64,000 nt of DNA, from NCBI RefSeq assembly GCF_006345805.1, contig NC_043025.1, positions 6,634,001-6,698,000 on the forward strand. Direction: 5' to 3'. The stretch comes from Octopus sinensis. Lineage: Eukaryota. How positions within the stretch are numbered: position 1 is the first letter of the stretch; each line of letters begins with the position of its first letter. Positions 1 through 13,661 of the stretch are shown one piece after another. Below the pieces are notes generated by a model. The model was not told where the DNA came from. It made no database searches and was given only the letters and a program-made list of their open reading frames with translations. Position numbers and translations under genes: made by a program.

Positions 1-30
1 TAGATTGATAGATAGATAGATAGATAGATG

Positions 31-84
<54 letters not shown>

Positions 85-127
85 GGTAGGTAGGTAGGTA
101 TGTAGATAGGTAGATAGATTGATAGAC

Positions 128-179
<52 letters not shown>

Positions 180-202
180 GGATAGATAGATAGATAGATA
201 GA
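1..202. repeat. (GATA)n microsatellite at the 3' junction of the Tx1-like LINE
   Basis: Near-perfect TAGA/GATA iterations with a few GGTA/GATG variants. Confidence 0.97.
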
Positions 203-597
203 TATGTTTCTTTATTAGCCACACAGGGCTGCACACAGATAGAACAAATTACAAGGTAGAGCTTTTCTTTTGAAGGTATTAAAAAAAAAAAAAAAAAAAA
301 AGGAAGGGGAGGTTCGATCAAAAGGGATCGTAAAAGGAGAGAAGAGGACAAAAATAAGGGGGGTTAAAAAAAAAAAAAAAAAGGGGGGGGGGAGAGGAAA
401 AAAAATGATCAATAGGGATCGTTATCACAGAAATGTCAATATGAAGTGTAAAGGGGAGGACAGGTGAGGTTTACCCGTGGAAAGAAAAGCCTGCGGAAAA
501 GACCACGGTAACCTCGGTCAATGAAGTCACATTTTATATTTCTTTTTTTTTTTTTTTTTTTTTGCAATAAGCAACTCTCTGTTTTCGATTTCTGGGT

Positions 598-3500
598 TCA
601 TAGGACTATGCTCAAGGTGGCTTCGTCATTCATACGTGCCATTCTTGCTACATTCACCCATCTTTTTTTAAAACATTCGCTAGACAAAACTTGCCTCTCT
701 ACTCTCACTTTCCTTTTCAAGTGGTACTTGAAGAAGTTGATGAGAGATTGACCAGAGAGGAAAGTGTTTGTCTCCAATCCTTTCAGACGCGTCCACCAGA
801 TACATTCTTTCGCCATAGCCACAAGGATGATGAAAATAGCTCTTCCTTCCCGTTTGAAGGAAGGAGGCGTGACAATATTGACGATAGACTCAGCTGATAA
901 ACCGACTCGTCCCACACGTGACAGCAGTTGTTCGACATAAGCCACAGGTCGGAAATTGTTGGACACTGAACGAGTGCGTGCAGAACGGTTTCGTCGCTCT
1001 GACCGCATCTCGGGCAGGTCGGCCCCGTGTTTCTCGAGCCGTGTCTGTAGAGCTTATCCGAACGGGTAGCGCTTCTCGGTAGCACTGCCAGGCCAGGGAT
1101 CTCTGGAAGTTGTCCATGGGCCCTGGCCCGAAAGTCGTCCCGAACAGGCGGGTCAGGTACTCCTCGTCGACGTCCAGGTTCGCCCCGAGCTCGTCGTCGT
1201 ACCTCCCCTCCACTAAACCCCTATAGAATGCTTTGGTTGTGTTGAAGTCACTTAAGGTCGACCCAGGACGGCAGAGTTGCTTGAGAGCAACGCGACACTC
1301 GCGATGCCATTCGCCCTTCCTCGGCCTCTTTTTGATCTACAATTGCATTTCGGTCAAGGAGACGAGCTGCGGGAACGCGTGCCTCACAAACGGTGACCAC
1401 ACCTGTTCACCGTCGTCTACAAGAGCCTGAGATGTCGCAGTCTCAGCGCATGTCTGCGCATCATCAACCACGGCATGCCCAGCCCTCCTTTTAACGGGTG
1501 TTGACAGCAAATGGATCGCCTGACCATCGGGACGCATCCTTTCCACAAGAAGCGAAAGAGGATGCGTTGTAGTTTGGTGATGGTAGGGTCGGGACAAGGT
1601 ACGACGGTCAGGCGGTAGTAGATGACGGACGCGATGTACGTGTTCGCCACCTCCGCTCGACCTTTTAGGGACAGTTTCCTCTCGGCCCATTGCCGGGCGA
1701 GAGTGACCACCCTACTCGTTATCTCGTTCCAGTTCTTCTCCACTTGGAGGTCCGGACCAAACCAGACCCCGAGCAACTCAACCGGGCCGTCGGTCCAGCG
1801 TCCCACGACGGAGGCGCTGGTGGACGGCATGGGCTTGCTTCTCCAGGTGCCTAGTCGCAAGCCCACTGACTTTTCCCGGTTGATTTTCGCTCCTGTCACC
1901 GCTTCGTAGTTTTTCAGTGTCTCGCCGACCAGTTCGATGTGCTCGTGGCTAGACACTATGACGGTGACGTCGTCCGCGTATGCAGACACGCTCGTCCCGC
2001 ATCCCAATTCTCGCGGGATGCCCCTTAGAGTCGCCAGCTTCCGCAGTAGTGGCTCAAGAGTCAATACGTATAGAAGCGCCGAGAGGGGGCATCCCTGACG
2101 GACCGAACGTGCAATGTCGAAAGGTCTCGATAGATGTCCATTTACGCGAATTACCGAACGGATGCCTCTGTACAAGGCAGCTATCCAGCCGCGGAAGACG
2201 GGACCGAAACCAGCCGCTCTCAGGACTGCCTCCAAGTATCGATGGTCTACCCTATCAAAGGCTTTTGATTGATCCAAGTTGATCAGGGCCCCACCCATGC
2301 CAGGTTCGTTAACTACCCTGTCTATGATGTAGCGCATCAGATGGAGGTTGTCATGGATGGTCCGGCCTGGCACGGCGCATGTTTGCGCCTTGTCGACCAG
2401 TTTCTCGATGACAAGCGCCAACCTCTTGGCTAGCACCTTGGCCAAAATTTTCAAGTCTGCATTAAGCAGAGTGATGGGCCTAAAGTTATCTATTACATTT
2501 CCCTTGTTTAGATCTTTCTTCAGCAGTGTTACGGCTCCTCGGCTCACAAAACCAGGAATGCTCCCGTTTTGCTGCCAGTTGCAGTACACCGCCGCCAAGA
2601 GATCTCCAAACAAGTCTGGCATACAATTGTAAAGCTCGTAGGGTAGACCATCCAAACCCGGTGATTTGTCCCTCGAGCATTCTGCCATCGCTTCCCGCAC
2701 TTCCGCCGCCGTGATGGCACCTTCGCAGCACCCTGCCTTTCTTGTCGAGAGTCGTGGTAGGCTATGTAGGTAGGCACTGAAGTCCACCCTACGTTCTTGC
2801 CCTCCACTCGTTCCGAACAGTCGGGCAAAATGCTGCTGAAAGGCCTCACACATTTTACTTGGCTCGAGCAATTCGCGCCCCTGTTCATCTACCAGTGACC
2901 GAATGGTGGCTTTGTTGCCCTGTTGCGCCTCTGCCACCCGGGCCTCTCTCGCGGCTCCAACACCTTCGTTCCTTAGAGCACGCATCCTAGCTCTGACAGC
3001 ACATCCTTCGTGTTTGGCGTTGAAGTGTTGGTCGAGGGCCAACCTCGCCGCCAAAACGTCGGATGCGATGCCGCTTCTAATTGCCTCTTCTAGCTTCTTA
3101 ACTAGCTCACCCTCTACTCTATTTCTATCTATGGCTAGTGCTTTGCTGTACCTAATCGCTTCTGCTTTTACTGCTCTCTTGAGGGCAAACCACCATTTGT
3201 TGTTGATGATGGCTCCCGTCAAAGCCCTCTTTACTAGTGTGCTAATCCGGTCTCTGAAAACTTGTCTCGATGGGAAAGACGCGTTTAGTTTCCAGTATCC
3301 GGGACCCTGCCTAAGTGTCTTACCTAAGTCTAGCGTACATGTCACAAGTTTGTGATCCGTGTAGCTGACTATGTGGAATTGTGGACATCCTATGCTATCT
3401 CTATCTACTGTCCTACACAGTATCCTATCTAGATACGATCTCGACGACCCGATGCGGTTGCTCCATGTCCACGTTGGCGCATTCGGGTGGTCTAGTCGAA

Positions 3501-4032
3501 ACCTGTCAGACAGTTGAAAGCGTCTGAGCAGGTCTCTGAGGCATTTGCATCCCCGTCTATTCCTATCTCTACCCACGTAGTCTACATGCGTGTCCAAGGT
3601 AGCATTCCAATCCCCCACTAAGAGTAAAGGACGAGACGTTCCCAAGAAAACTTCTAGACGTTGAAAGAAATCCGCCCGACCTGTTAAGGGCGGTGCGTAA
3701 ACTGATACGAGCCGAAAAGCGCACCCATTGCTGCCGTCGACATCCAGGATGACCAGTCTACCCTCCGGGTCTACGAATATTGTCCTTACATTGAGATCCA
3801 GACTCTTGTGAAAATGTACCGCGGTGCCACTACCGCCCATTCTCGGCAGACAGGGGGAAAAATAAATGTTGAACTGTCCGCCAAACATGGTCTTTAGGGC
3901 CCGCGGATTGTGGAGTTTGGTCTCGCTTATGGCTATGATTTCTAACTTATGTGACTTTATGTCATTTAAGAGGTACCCTTGTTTCCAAGGGGACCCCAAG
4001 CCACGCGCATTTACACAACCAATCTTGATCAT
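598..4032 (-). pseudogene. ORF2 (APE endonuclease, reverse transcriptase, C-terminal CCHC/zf-RVT); C-terminal third disrupted
   Basis: The 871-aa frame 4032-1417 has NARGL, SET, GDWN, YLD, TDH (APE) and DQSKAFD, QGCPLS, YADD (RT). It continues through three single-base homopolymer deletions (about 1420, 1060, 950) and one TAG (1339-1337) to CPRC..ETVLHALVQC. Natural stop at 598. Confidence 0.92.
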
Positions 4033-4209
4033 AGTTCTAATGAATTAGAATACAGAGGGTTACTTACTGCTCGAAAGTTTTTGCTCTCTCCGTTGGTTTG
4101 TCCTCGAGAAGATCCCAGTACAGTTTCTTTGTGAGATATTTTTGGCATTTACCAACCGCACTGGGGAAAATGCCTTTGAGTGTGTGGTGCAGACTTTTGG
4201 AGATGTGTA

Positions 4210-6036
4210 TTATTTTGATGTGGTCTGGTGGTGTTGTGTATGGGTGGTTGTTTGTTTTTTGTCATCTTCTGTTATTTTTGTTTTTGATTGGATGTATTCC
4301 ATCAAATTTGTGTTTTTGGTGTCTATGGCTGTGAGCATGTTTGCTGTATATGTTTTTGTGGTGTTGGTGTGGCTGTTGTTTGCGTTGGGTTTTGAAATGT
4401 CTTCGGGAGATGTATTTCCCCCTGCTTTGTTCGTGTTTGCATTTGGTTTGGTTGTTTTCTGCTCTTTATTTTCCTTCTTTTTGTAGCTATTTGCCATTCC
4501 TCACTGGTTTCGTCTTCCGACGAAATTTCTGAGGAATCAGAAGGGGGTAGGGGTATGTTGTGGGCTTCTATGTATGTCTGTGTAAGTGGTGTGTTGTTGT
4601 TTTCGTTGTTGTTGGCTGTTGAGTGTTTGTGTGTGTTGAGTGCGGTATAAGGGATGGGGGATCAGTTTTGTGTTGTTTTCTTTGTTTTTCTGTTCCTTTG
4701 GGTTTTGCTGTTGATGGTAGTGTTGGTATTTTTCCAGGTGTCGAGTGGTTTTTGGTTGATGACGGATTAGCTTGGTGTGCTTCTCTTGTCGTCTTCTGTG
4801 TTGATGGTGGTGTGGGTAGTAGAGCTTTTTTTCCGGAGTGCTTTGGTTGTGGTAGTGGTTGTTGTTGTTGCTCTTGGTGTGCAGTGGTTGGGCACGTCTT
4901 TTTCAAGTGTGTTTCGCTTCCACACAAATAGCAGCGTGGTCGCCTGCCCTCTACCACTATATAGAGTTTGTAGCCTCCTGGCAGTTCTATAGCGGTGGGT
5001 ATCTTCTCTCTTGCTGCTTCATCCAATTGAAGCAGGAATTCGATTGATTTGCCCACATAGTCTTTCTCTCCTAGAACCGCGATTTCCAGGATGTTTGTCT
5101 CTGACATTGTCTCTGACATTTCAAAGCAGATGGCAGAGACCACCCATTGTGTTTCGACATCAAATGGTATGTTTTTTTATTTGGACTTTCGTGACCCTTT
5201 TGTTTAAAGACTGGTATCATTACCAAGTCGTCCGAATGTAGCTCCAATGTGGAAAAACGTTTTGCTAAACTTTCGTTGAGGAAACGTACTTGGACTGTAC
5301 CAAATTTGTTTCCCCAACTGATATATTCCTTGGAGTCCCATACAGGACGAAGGCATTTATCGATTTTTTCCTGCGGTGCATTTTCTGTTCTTCTTGTTTT
5401 TTTTTGCGTGTTTTCCACGATGTGTTGTGGAATATGAAGGTGCAATTTGTCTCCTTCTTTGGAGAAGAGTGCCTTTGTGCGGTTTATCTCTTGTGTGGTG
5501 AATGTTACAATTGTTCTTTTTTGTTTTGTTACGTCCGCAAAATTCGTTTTGAATTTGGCAGTAGAAGTGTTAATTGTGGCAGTGTTAATTGAAGTCATGG
5601 TAGTGGTGTTGGTGTTGGCGGTATTAGCAGCAGAAGGCTTGGATGTAGCATTTGACGTCGTAGTAGTGGTGTTGGTGTTGGCGGTGTTGTCTTTGGTAGG
5701 CGGCTTTGTGCCAATTTCGTTGTTGTTGTTGTTGGTGGTGATGGTGGTGGTGCTGGCATTCATGTTTTCGTTTGTATTCATTTTTGAAATCCCTTTCTCT
5801 GTCCCTTTATCATCAACAAGTGGTGTGGGGAGTGAGGGGAAATCTAAGTTAATGTCTTTGGTCGCGGCGATGGTGAATGCGACGTTAGATTTGTTGTTGT
5901 TGTTGTTGGTGGTGGTGATGGTGGTGACAGCGGTGTTCACGCTGCGATGTTTAGCAGCTAGTGGTAGCAATAGTGTTTTGCTACCGTTCTGCATGACTGG
6001 CGGGCTAGCCACGTGGTTTCTAGTTGCCATTTTCAA
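4210..6036 (-). pseudogene. ORF1 (gag-like) of the Tx1-like LINE, frameshifted
   Basis: Pieces 6036-5071, 5143-4568 and 4497-4210. CYLCGSETHLKKTC matches a CX2CX4HX4C zinc knuckle. Thr/Asn-rich low-complexity N- and C-terminal parts. Confidence 0.82.
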
Positions 6037-6249
6037 AATGAAAAATGGCTAAAAAACCCACGAAAGTTTTGAAAGTTTTTTTGTAATTTCGCCCATACAG
6101 GGGCGGAATTCTACGTGAATAATTCTCAGGTTTTTTAGTGAATGAATTTGCACAACGATTAAAACAAAATATTTGACAACAAGGAGTTTTAAACATGTAA
6201 AAGTGGCCAACTTACTTGGAGCCGATATGACTAGCGTCCGTCCATTGTG

Positions 6250-6354
6250 AGATAGATAGATAGATAGATAGGTAGGTAGGTAGGTAGGTAGATAGATAGA
6301 TAGATAGATAGGTAGGTAGGTAGGTAGGTAGGTAGGTAGGTAGATAGATAGATT

Positions 6355-6411
<57 letters not shown>

Positions 6412-6441
6412 GTAGGTAGGTAGGTAGATAGAGAGATAGAT

Positions 6442-6484
<43 letters not shown>
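6250..6484. repeat. (GATA)n/(GGTA)n microsatellite at the 5' junction of the Tx1-like LINE
   Basis: Direct reading; same strand orientation as 1-202. Confidence 0.97.
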
Positions 6485-6749
6485 CATGTCCTGCCCGCTT
6501 ACATTCTTAGTGTGCCAAATTTTTTCTTGAGAACAATTCTTAGTGTTGAGTCCCTTTGCGGATCTATCTCTAGCGTAAGAGCGTCCACATAGTGGATTCT
6601 CTCTCTTATTTGTGCATTAATGATATTTACTGAATCTCAGTCTTTTTGCGCTAGGCCACTGGTGTTAAATTGATGTTATTAAGTTAATATCCAATTTTTT
6701 CACCCTCATTTTGACTTTAATTATAAACAAACAGATAGATTGATAGATA

Positions 6750-7160
6750 GGCGCAGGAGTGGCTGTGTGGTAAGTACCTTGCTAACCAACCACATGGTTC
6801 CGGGTTCAGTCCCACTGCGTGGCATCTTGGGCAAGTGTCTTCTGCTATAGCCCCGGGCCGACCAATGCCTTGTGAGTGGATTGGTAGATGGAAACTGAAA
6901 GAAGCCTGTCGTATATATGTATATATATATGTGTGTTTGTGTATCTGTGTTTGTCCCTCTAGCATTGCTTGACAACCGATGCTGGTGTGTTTACGTCCCC
7001 GTCACTTAGCGGTTCGGCAAAAGAGACCGATAGAATAAGTACTGGGCTTACAAAGAATAAGTCCCGGGGTCGATTTGATTGACTAAGGCGGTGCTCCAGC
7101 ATGGCCACAGTCAAATGACTGAAACAAGTAAAAGAGTAAAAGAGTAAAGAGTAAAAGAGA
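6750..7160 (+). mobile_element. SINE family A (tRNA head, CORE-like domain, (TA)/(TG) spacer, tail ending in (GAGTAAAA)n)
   Basis: A-box-like GTGGCTGTGTGG, B-box-like GGTTCAGTCCC and CORE-like CTTGGGCAAGT; more than 20 copies in the window. Confidence 0.85.
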
Positions 7161-7985
7161 TAGATAGAATAAGTACTGGGCTTACAAAGAATAAGTCCCG
7201 GGGCCGATTTGCTTGACTAAAGGCGGTGCTCCAGCATGGCCGCAGTCAAATGACTGAAACAAGTAAAAGAGTAAAAGAGTAAAGAGTAAAAGAGATAGAT
7301 AGATAGAATAAGTACTGGGCTTACAAAGAATAAGTCCCGGGGTTGATTTGCTCGACTAAAGGCGGTGCTCCAGCATGGCCGCAGTCAAATGACTGAAACA
7401 AGTAAAAGAGTAAAAGAGTAAAGAGTAAAAGAATAGATAGATAGAATAAGTACTGGGCTTACAAAGAATAAGTCCCGGGGTTGATTTGCTCGACTAAAGG
7501 CGGTGCTCCAGCATGGCCGCAGTCAAATGACTGAAACAAGTAAAAGAGTAAAAGAGTAAAGAGTAAAAGAGATAGATAGATAGAATAAGTACTGGGCTTA
7601 CAAAGAATAAGTCCCGGGGTTGATTTGCTTGACTAAAGGCAGTGCTCCAGCATGGCCGCAGTCAAATGACTGAACAAGTAAAAGAGTAAAAGAGAAAAGA
7701 GTAAAACAGATAGATAGATAGATAAGTACTGGGCTTACAAAGAATAAGTCCCGGGGTGATTTGCTCGACTAAAGGCGGTGCTCCAGCATGGCCGCAGTCA
7801 AATGACTGAAACAAGTAAAAGAGTAAAAGAGAAAAGAGTAAAACAGATAGATAGATAGAATAAGTACTGGGCTTACAAAGAATAAGTCCCGGGGTGATTT
7901 GCTCGACTAAAGGCGGTGCTCCAGCATGGCCGCAGTCAAATGACTGAAACAAGTAAAAGAGTAAAAGAGAAAAGAGTAAAAGAGA
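7029..7985 (+). repeat. Tandem array of 7 SINE-A 3' tails (period about 134-140 bp)
   Basis: GAATAAGTACTGGGCTTAC (one copy lacks an A) recurs at about 7033, 7167, 7306, 7444, 7583, 7721 and 7858; units are joined by (GATA)n. Confidence 0.93.
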
Positions 7986-8419
7986 TAGATAGATAGATAG
8001 ATACATTCATACACACATACATATATTCTGTTCGTTTTTGTCATTCCATTGTAATTGCCTCAGATATTCATGCAATGTATTGGCCTATATTGTGGCACAT
8101 GTTTTGTAGGTTTTTAGTTACTTTGACATATGTCAAACACGTTTCCTAATTTATTGAAAATGTTTTCTCACTGCTTGTCTCCATGGTGACAGGCACCCCA
8201 ATTTAAACTACTGTCACAGCATGACCAATAGGTTTAATGATCCAGATATGCCAGCCTCCCTTTAATTATGAGGAACAACAGTAGTATTAGTGCCAAACAG
8301 TAATCGTTATATCCAAATTAAAAATGGATGTTTTGTTAGGACACTGAATACTGCTTTCGGCAGAATCACCAGTATACTGAACTAAATGCTTAACAGCATT
8401 TTGTCGAGCTTTACATACC

Positions 8420-11325
8420 AGGTGTAGGCCACGGGTTGTGGTCTCGCTAGTCTTGCCGGGTCTTCTCACGCACAGCATACTTCCATAGGTCTCAGTCTCT
8501 AGTCATTTCCTCAGTGAGACCTAAAGTTCGAAGGTCGTGCTTCACCACTTCATCTCAGGTCTTCCTGGGTCTACCTATTCCACAGATTCCCTCAATTGCT
8601 AGGGTATGGCACTTTTTCACACAACTATCTTCATCCATTCTCGTCACATGACCATACCAGCGCAGACGTCTCTCTTGCACACCACAACTGATGCTTTTCT
8701 CCCAAGGTACTTACACTCTGTCGAGTGTGAGTACCGGCATTACACATCCATCGGACCATACTGGCTTCATTTCTTGCAAGCTTATGCTTATCTTCAGCAG
8801 TCACAGCACATGTTTCACGGCCGTGTAGCATGGCTGTACGTACACATGCATCATACAGTCTGCCTTTTACTCTGAGCGAGAGGCCTTTTGTCACCAGCAG
8901 AGGTAAGAGCTCTCTGAACTTTGCCCAAGCTATTCTTACTCTAGCAGTTACACTTTCAGCACACCTGCCCCCGCTACTGACTTGGTCACCTAGGTAACGG
9001 AAGCTATCAACTATTTCTAGTTTTTCTCCCTGGAATGTGGAAGAAGTTGGTCTCAGAGCATTTTCAGTGTTTATTGCTCCCGAGCATCTGCCACATACAA
9101 AAACTATCTTCCCAGTTAGCCTTCCTTTAACATTGCTGCACCTCTTATGTGTCCATAGCTTACACTTGGTACATCTTATAGAGTTTCTACCTACACCTTT
9201 TCTACAGATCGAGCAGGGCCATCAACCTGAAGGCGTTTGTGATTTGTCTACCTTCCTACTTATTAGGACTTTGGTTTTAGCTAGATTGACTCTAAGGCCC
9301 TTCGATTCTAATCCTTGCTTCCACACCTGAAATTTCTCCTCCAGTTCTGATAGTGACTTAGCAATTAGAGCAAGGTCATCAGCATAGAGGAGCTCCCAGG
9401 GGCATCCTGTCTTGAATTCCTCCGTTATTGCCTGGAGGACTATGATAAATAGGAGGGGGCTGACGACTGAGCCTTGGTGGACCCCTACCTCTACCCGGAA
9501 TTCTTCACTGTACTCATTGCCAACCCTCACCTTACTAGCGGCGTCCCTGTACATGGCTCGCGCAGCTCTCACTAACCATTCATCTATCCCTAGTTTCCTC
9601 ATTGACCACCAGATAAGGGATCGGGGGACCCTGTCGAAGGCTTTCTCCATGTCAACAAAAGCCAGGTACAGGGGCTTATCTTTGGCTAGGTATTTCTCCT
9701 GCCGCTGCCTTACCAGGAATATAGCATCAGTGGTACTTTTCCCTGGCACGAACCCAAACTGCATCTCATCTAAACTAACTCTCTCTCTAATTAGTTGGGC
9801 TATGACCCTCTCCGTAACCTTCATTACCTGATCCAACAGCTTGATACCTCTGTAATTATTTGTATCTAGGGCATCACCTTTACCTTTGTAGCAGTTGACT
9901 AGTATGCTGCTACACCAGTCATTGGGTATGACTCCTTCGTGTATCACCTGATTAACTATACGGGTGACTAGGCTATAGCCGACACTACCAGATATTTTGA
10001 GCATCTCTGCAGTGATTCCTGATGGGCCTGGGGCTTTCCCTGTCTTCATGCTTCTAATTGCCTTAACTACCAAGGAACTGTCAACTCGGATAGCTGGTCC
10101 CTCTGTTGGGTTGACATTCGGCAGACTCTCTTTATCCCATTCATTTTCTTTATTCAGCAACCTTTCATAGTGACGTCTCCAAACCTCTCTCTTTGAATCC
10201 TCATTTAGCGCAAGTGAACCATCTTCCATGCGAACACACTTCTCTCCTACCACATCATGATTCTCTCTCACACACTGTCTTGCAACATGAAACACCTCAA
10301 GTCTTTGGTCCTCACGGCGCAGAACATTGGCAAATGTATTCTTATCTGCTCCCCCTCTGGCTAAATAAACCTGTCTCCTAGCTTCTCTTTTGGCAGTCTG
10401 ATACAATTCCCTGCTACCACCATTCTTCCAGTCCTTCCAGGCCTGTCTCTTTTCTCTAATAGCCCTGTCTACAATATTGTTCCACCACCACGTTATTTTG
10501 GGTTGAGAGGGGACTTTGCACCAGCCACAGATCTGGTCAGTGGCTTTCAGTAGGTTGTCCCTTAGAAACGTCCAGATGTCTTCTACCCCATGTGATGCTC
10601 TATCCCCTTCTACTTCGTCAAAGGCTTCAAGTAATATGTCCCTAAATCTCTGTCCATTCGCAGGATCTTTAAGCTTCCAGATCCTTCTTCTCCATGTTGG
10701 TCGTCTTCTGGTTGTCCTCTTAGTCCTGATCCTAAAGTCACTAACTACCAGTCTATGTTGCGGGGTACATTCTTCGCCTGGGAAGGTTTTGGCATTTATA
10801 AGCAGCCATCTTTCCCTTTTCCTGGCAAGGATGTAGTCAATTTGGCTGGTATGACGACCTGATCAGTAGGTGACTAGGTGGCTGGTAGGTTTCCTGAAGT
10901 TAGTGTTGCAGACCATAAGATCATTTGCATCGCAGAACTCCAGCAGCCTGGTTCCCTCCTCATTGCGGGAACCATAACCATAGCCTCCATGTACACCATG
11001 GAAGCCCCCAGCATGTCGTCCAACGTGACCGTTGAAGTCACCAGCCACAAAGAGAAGGTCTCTGTCGTTCGTCAACGAGGTAGTCTGCAGTAGAGTGTCA
11101 TAGAATCGGTCTTTCTGTCCATTGGGTAGCCCCGGCTGAGGAGCATAGGCTGATATAATGGTTGCTAAACTATGATGAAGCGCTAATCTAATCTTAAGTA
11201 TTCTGTCACATACTCTGATTACCTCAATTACTTTATCTACCCATTTTTCAGGGATAAGTATACCCACGCCACCAACCCCATCAGTGTTCCCTGCCCGGAA
11301 AATCTTGTACTTGTGTTCTTTGCTA
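8420..11325 (-). mobile_element. 5'-truncated, decayed RTE-clade LINE (partial APE, RT, C-terminus)
   Basis: 11333-10863 has AYAP and GDFNGH (APE). 10406-9222 has KAPGPSG, QFGFVPGKSTTDAIF, DMEKAFD, HQGSVVSP and YADD (RT). Premature TGA at 9222; C-terminal piece 8894-8631. Confidence 0.92.
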
Positions 11326-11333
11326 TACCTCAA

Positions 11334-11380
<47 letters not shown>

Positions 11381-11381
<1 letters not shown>

Positions 11382-11579
11382 TTTATTTTAAAAGCAGCAG
11401 AAATTCAACAAAACCTGTTACTCAGAGTTTCACGTTCCTGTTTGTTGGACAGTTTTGTTAAAATTCAGTAACAGATTTTGTTGAATTTCTGCTGCTTTTA
11501 AATAAAGCATATTACTCTACCCCTGGTATTTGAGTACTCTTTTCTCCACCTTGTTTCACATTTATGTGTTTACTCCAGT

Positions 11580-11580
<1 letters not shown>
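11381..11580. mobile_element. Penelope-type terminal-repeat fragment with an inverted junction
   Basis: Inverted copies of CTTTATTTAAAAGCAGCAGAAATTCAACAAAA; homologous to 61690-61862; lies within (TA)n. Confidence 0.6.
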
Positions 11581-11990
<410 letters not shown>

Positions 11991-12340
11991 ACATAAAGGG
12001 TGAAATATAATTAATTTAATAAAATTAATAAATTTCACCTAGTAGTTTTTTTTGAGCAACTTGTTGCAATTAACCCTTTATTATAATTAAAATATATATA
12101 TATATATCTGTGTGAGTCTATTCTTTGGATTCTATGTTTGCTGTGCAGCAAAAGTTTCAGTGAAATTAACCTATTGGCCATTTTCCAAATAAACAGTATA
12201 TATACCCCAGTTTTCTATATATTTGAGTCATCAAAAATGAAGATTTGGGTATATATATAGATCCTCATTTTTTTTTTTTTACCTGAGACATTTAAAAATA
12301 TTTTAAGATATTTGGTTTTACTTTTTCCGTAAATATATAC

Positions 12341-12386
<46 letters not shown>

Positions 12387-12935
12387 GCATGTGTCTATGC
12401 TTTATGCATTGAATAATACACACGAAACTTACTATAATTACCAAAGGTTAATTAAAGATTCTCTCACAGAAACGGTTGATTGTCAACAAACAATAAAACA
12501 ATTCACACAAATAAGTAAAGTGAAAAATTAGTAAAGTGAAAAGCAATTTTACTAGAAATGTTTGGGAAGCTAATAGTGGTGGTGGTGGTGGTGTTAACAC
12601 TTTTACTGCTGGTGGTTGTGGCGTGTTATATATAATAACAATAGTAATAATAATAATAATGATAATAACAATCACATGTTTGATCAAGCTGGTTGACGGT
12701 CAAGTCCAACGTGAAGATCACTCCACTGTATACTTTTAGAAGGGAAGAACAGACACGTTTTCTGACACTGGTGGCTATGGTAAAAAAAAATAAAGCATAT
12801 TATGGACACGTTTAAAAGGATTGGCAATGGAGCTTTTTTTCTCCCTTGGAAGATATGTAATACCGGACATAGAATTCCTGCCCTGTAGTGAATTTGTTAA
12901 AAGTTGGGTAAATATGGTACAGGTGTGACTGTACA

Positions 12936-13116
12936 GGCGCAGGAGTGGCTGTGTGGTAAGTAGCTTGCTAACCAACCACATGGTTCCGGGTTCAGTCCCA
13001 CTGCGTGGCATCTTGGGCAAGTGTCTTCTGCTATAGCCCCAGGCCGACCAATGCCTTGTGAGTGGATTTGGTAGACGGAAACTGAAAGAAGCCTGTCGTA
13101 TACATGTATAAATATA

Positions 13117-13159
<43 letters not shown>

Positions 13160-13397
13160 ATGTATGTATGTATGTGTGTATGTGTTTGTGTGTCTGTGTT
13201 TGTCCCCCTAGCATTGCTTGCCAACTGATGCTGCTGTGTTTATGTCCCTGTAACTTAGCGGTTCGGCAAGAGAGACCGATAGAATAAGTACTGGGCTTAC
13301 AAAAGAATAAGTCCCGGGGTCAATTTGCTCGACTAAAGGTGGTGCTCCAGCATGGCCGCAGTCAAAATGACTGAAACAAGTAAAAGAGAGTAAAAGA
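12936..13397 (+). mobile_element. SINE family A, full length
   Basis: Head-to-tail match to family A; TATGGT occurs on both sides (possible target-site duplication). Confidence 0.85.
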
Positions 13398-13661
13398 GTA
13401 TGGTGAGTATGGCCTCGGTTAATTAGGCCTGCTCTGAGTATGGGGTTGTAGGACAGAGATAAGGGCATGGAGAGGACCCCCTGGCTATTGATAATATTTG
13501 ATCCTATTCCAAGCACTTGTGTATACTCATATTGTCCCCCTTCCCACTTATGATTAACCCTTTTACTTTGGAAATCAAGGCATAACCACTGAAATTTCAA
13601 ATATTCTTAACTGCAGAAAGCAGTTTTATATACATATCTGTGTTTTGTTGAGGAATATATA

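Larger units (their letters stand above)
203..6249 (-). mobile_element. Near full-length Tx1/L1-clade non-LTR retrotransposon (about 6.05 kb, ORF1+ORF2)
   Basis: Two-ORF layout: ORF1 with a zinc knuckle, ORF2 with APE, RT and C-terminal CCHC. AATAAA at 216-211. (GATA)n on both sides. Confidence 0.93.

Noticed and set aside
4098-6052. Hydrophobic plus-strand ORFs resembling membrane proteins
   Set aside because: Antisense translations of the A/C-rich low-complexity ORF1 of the Tx1 element
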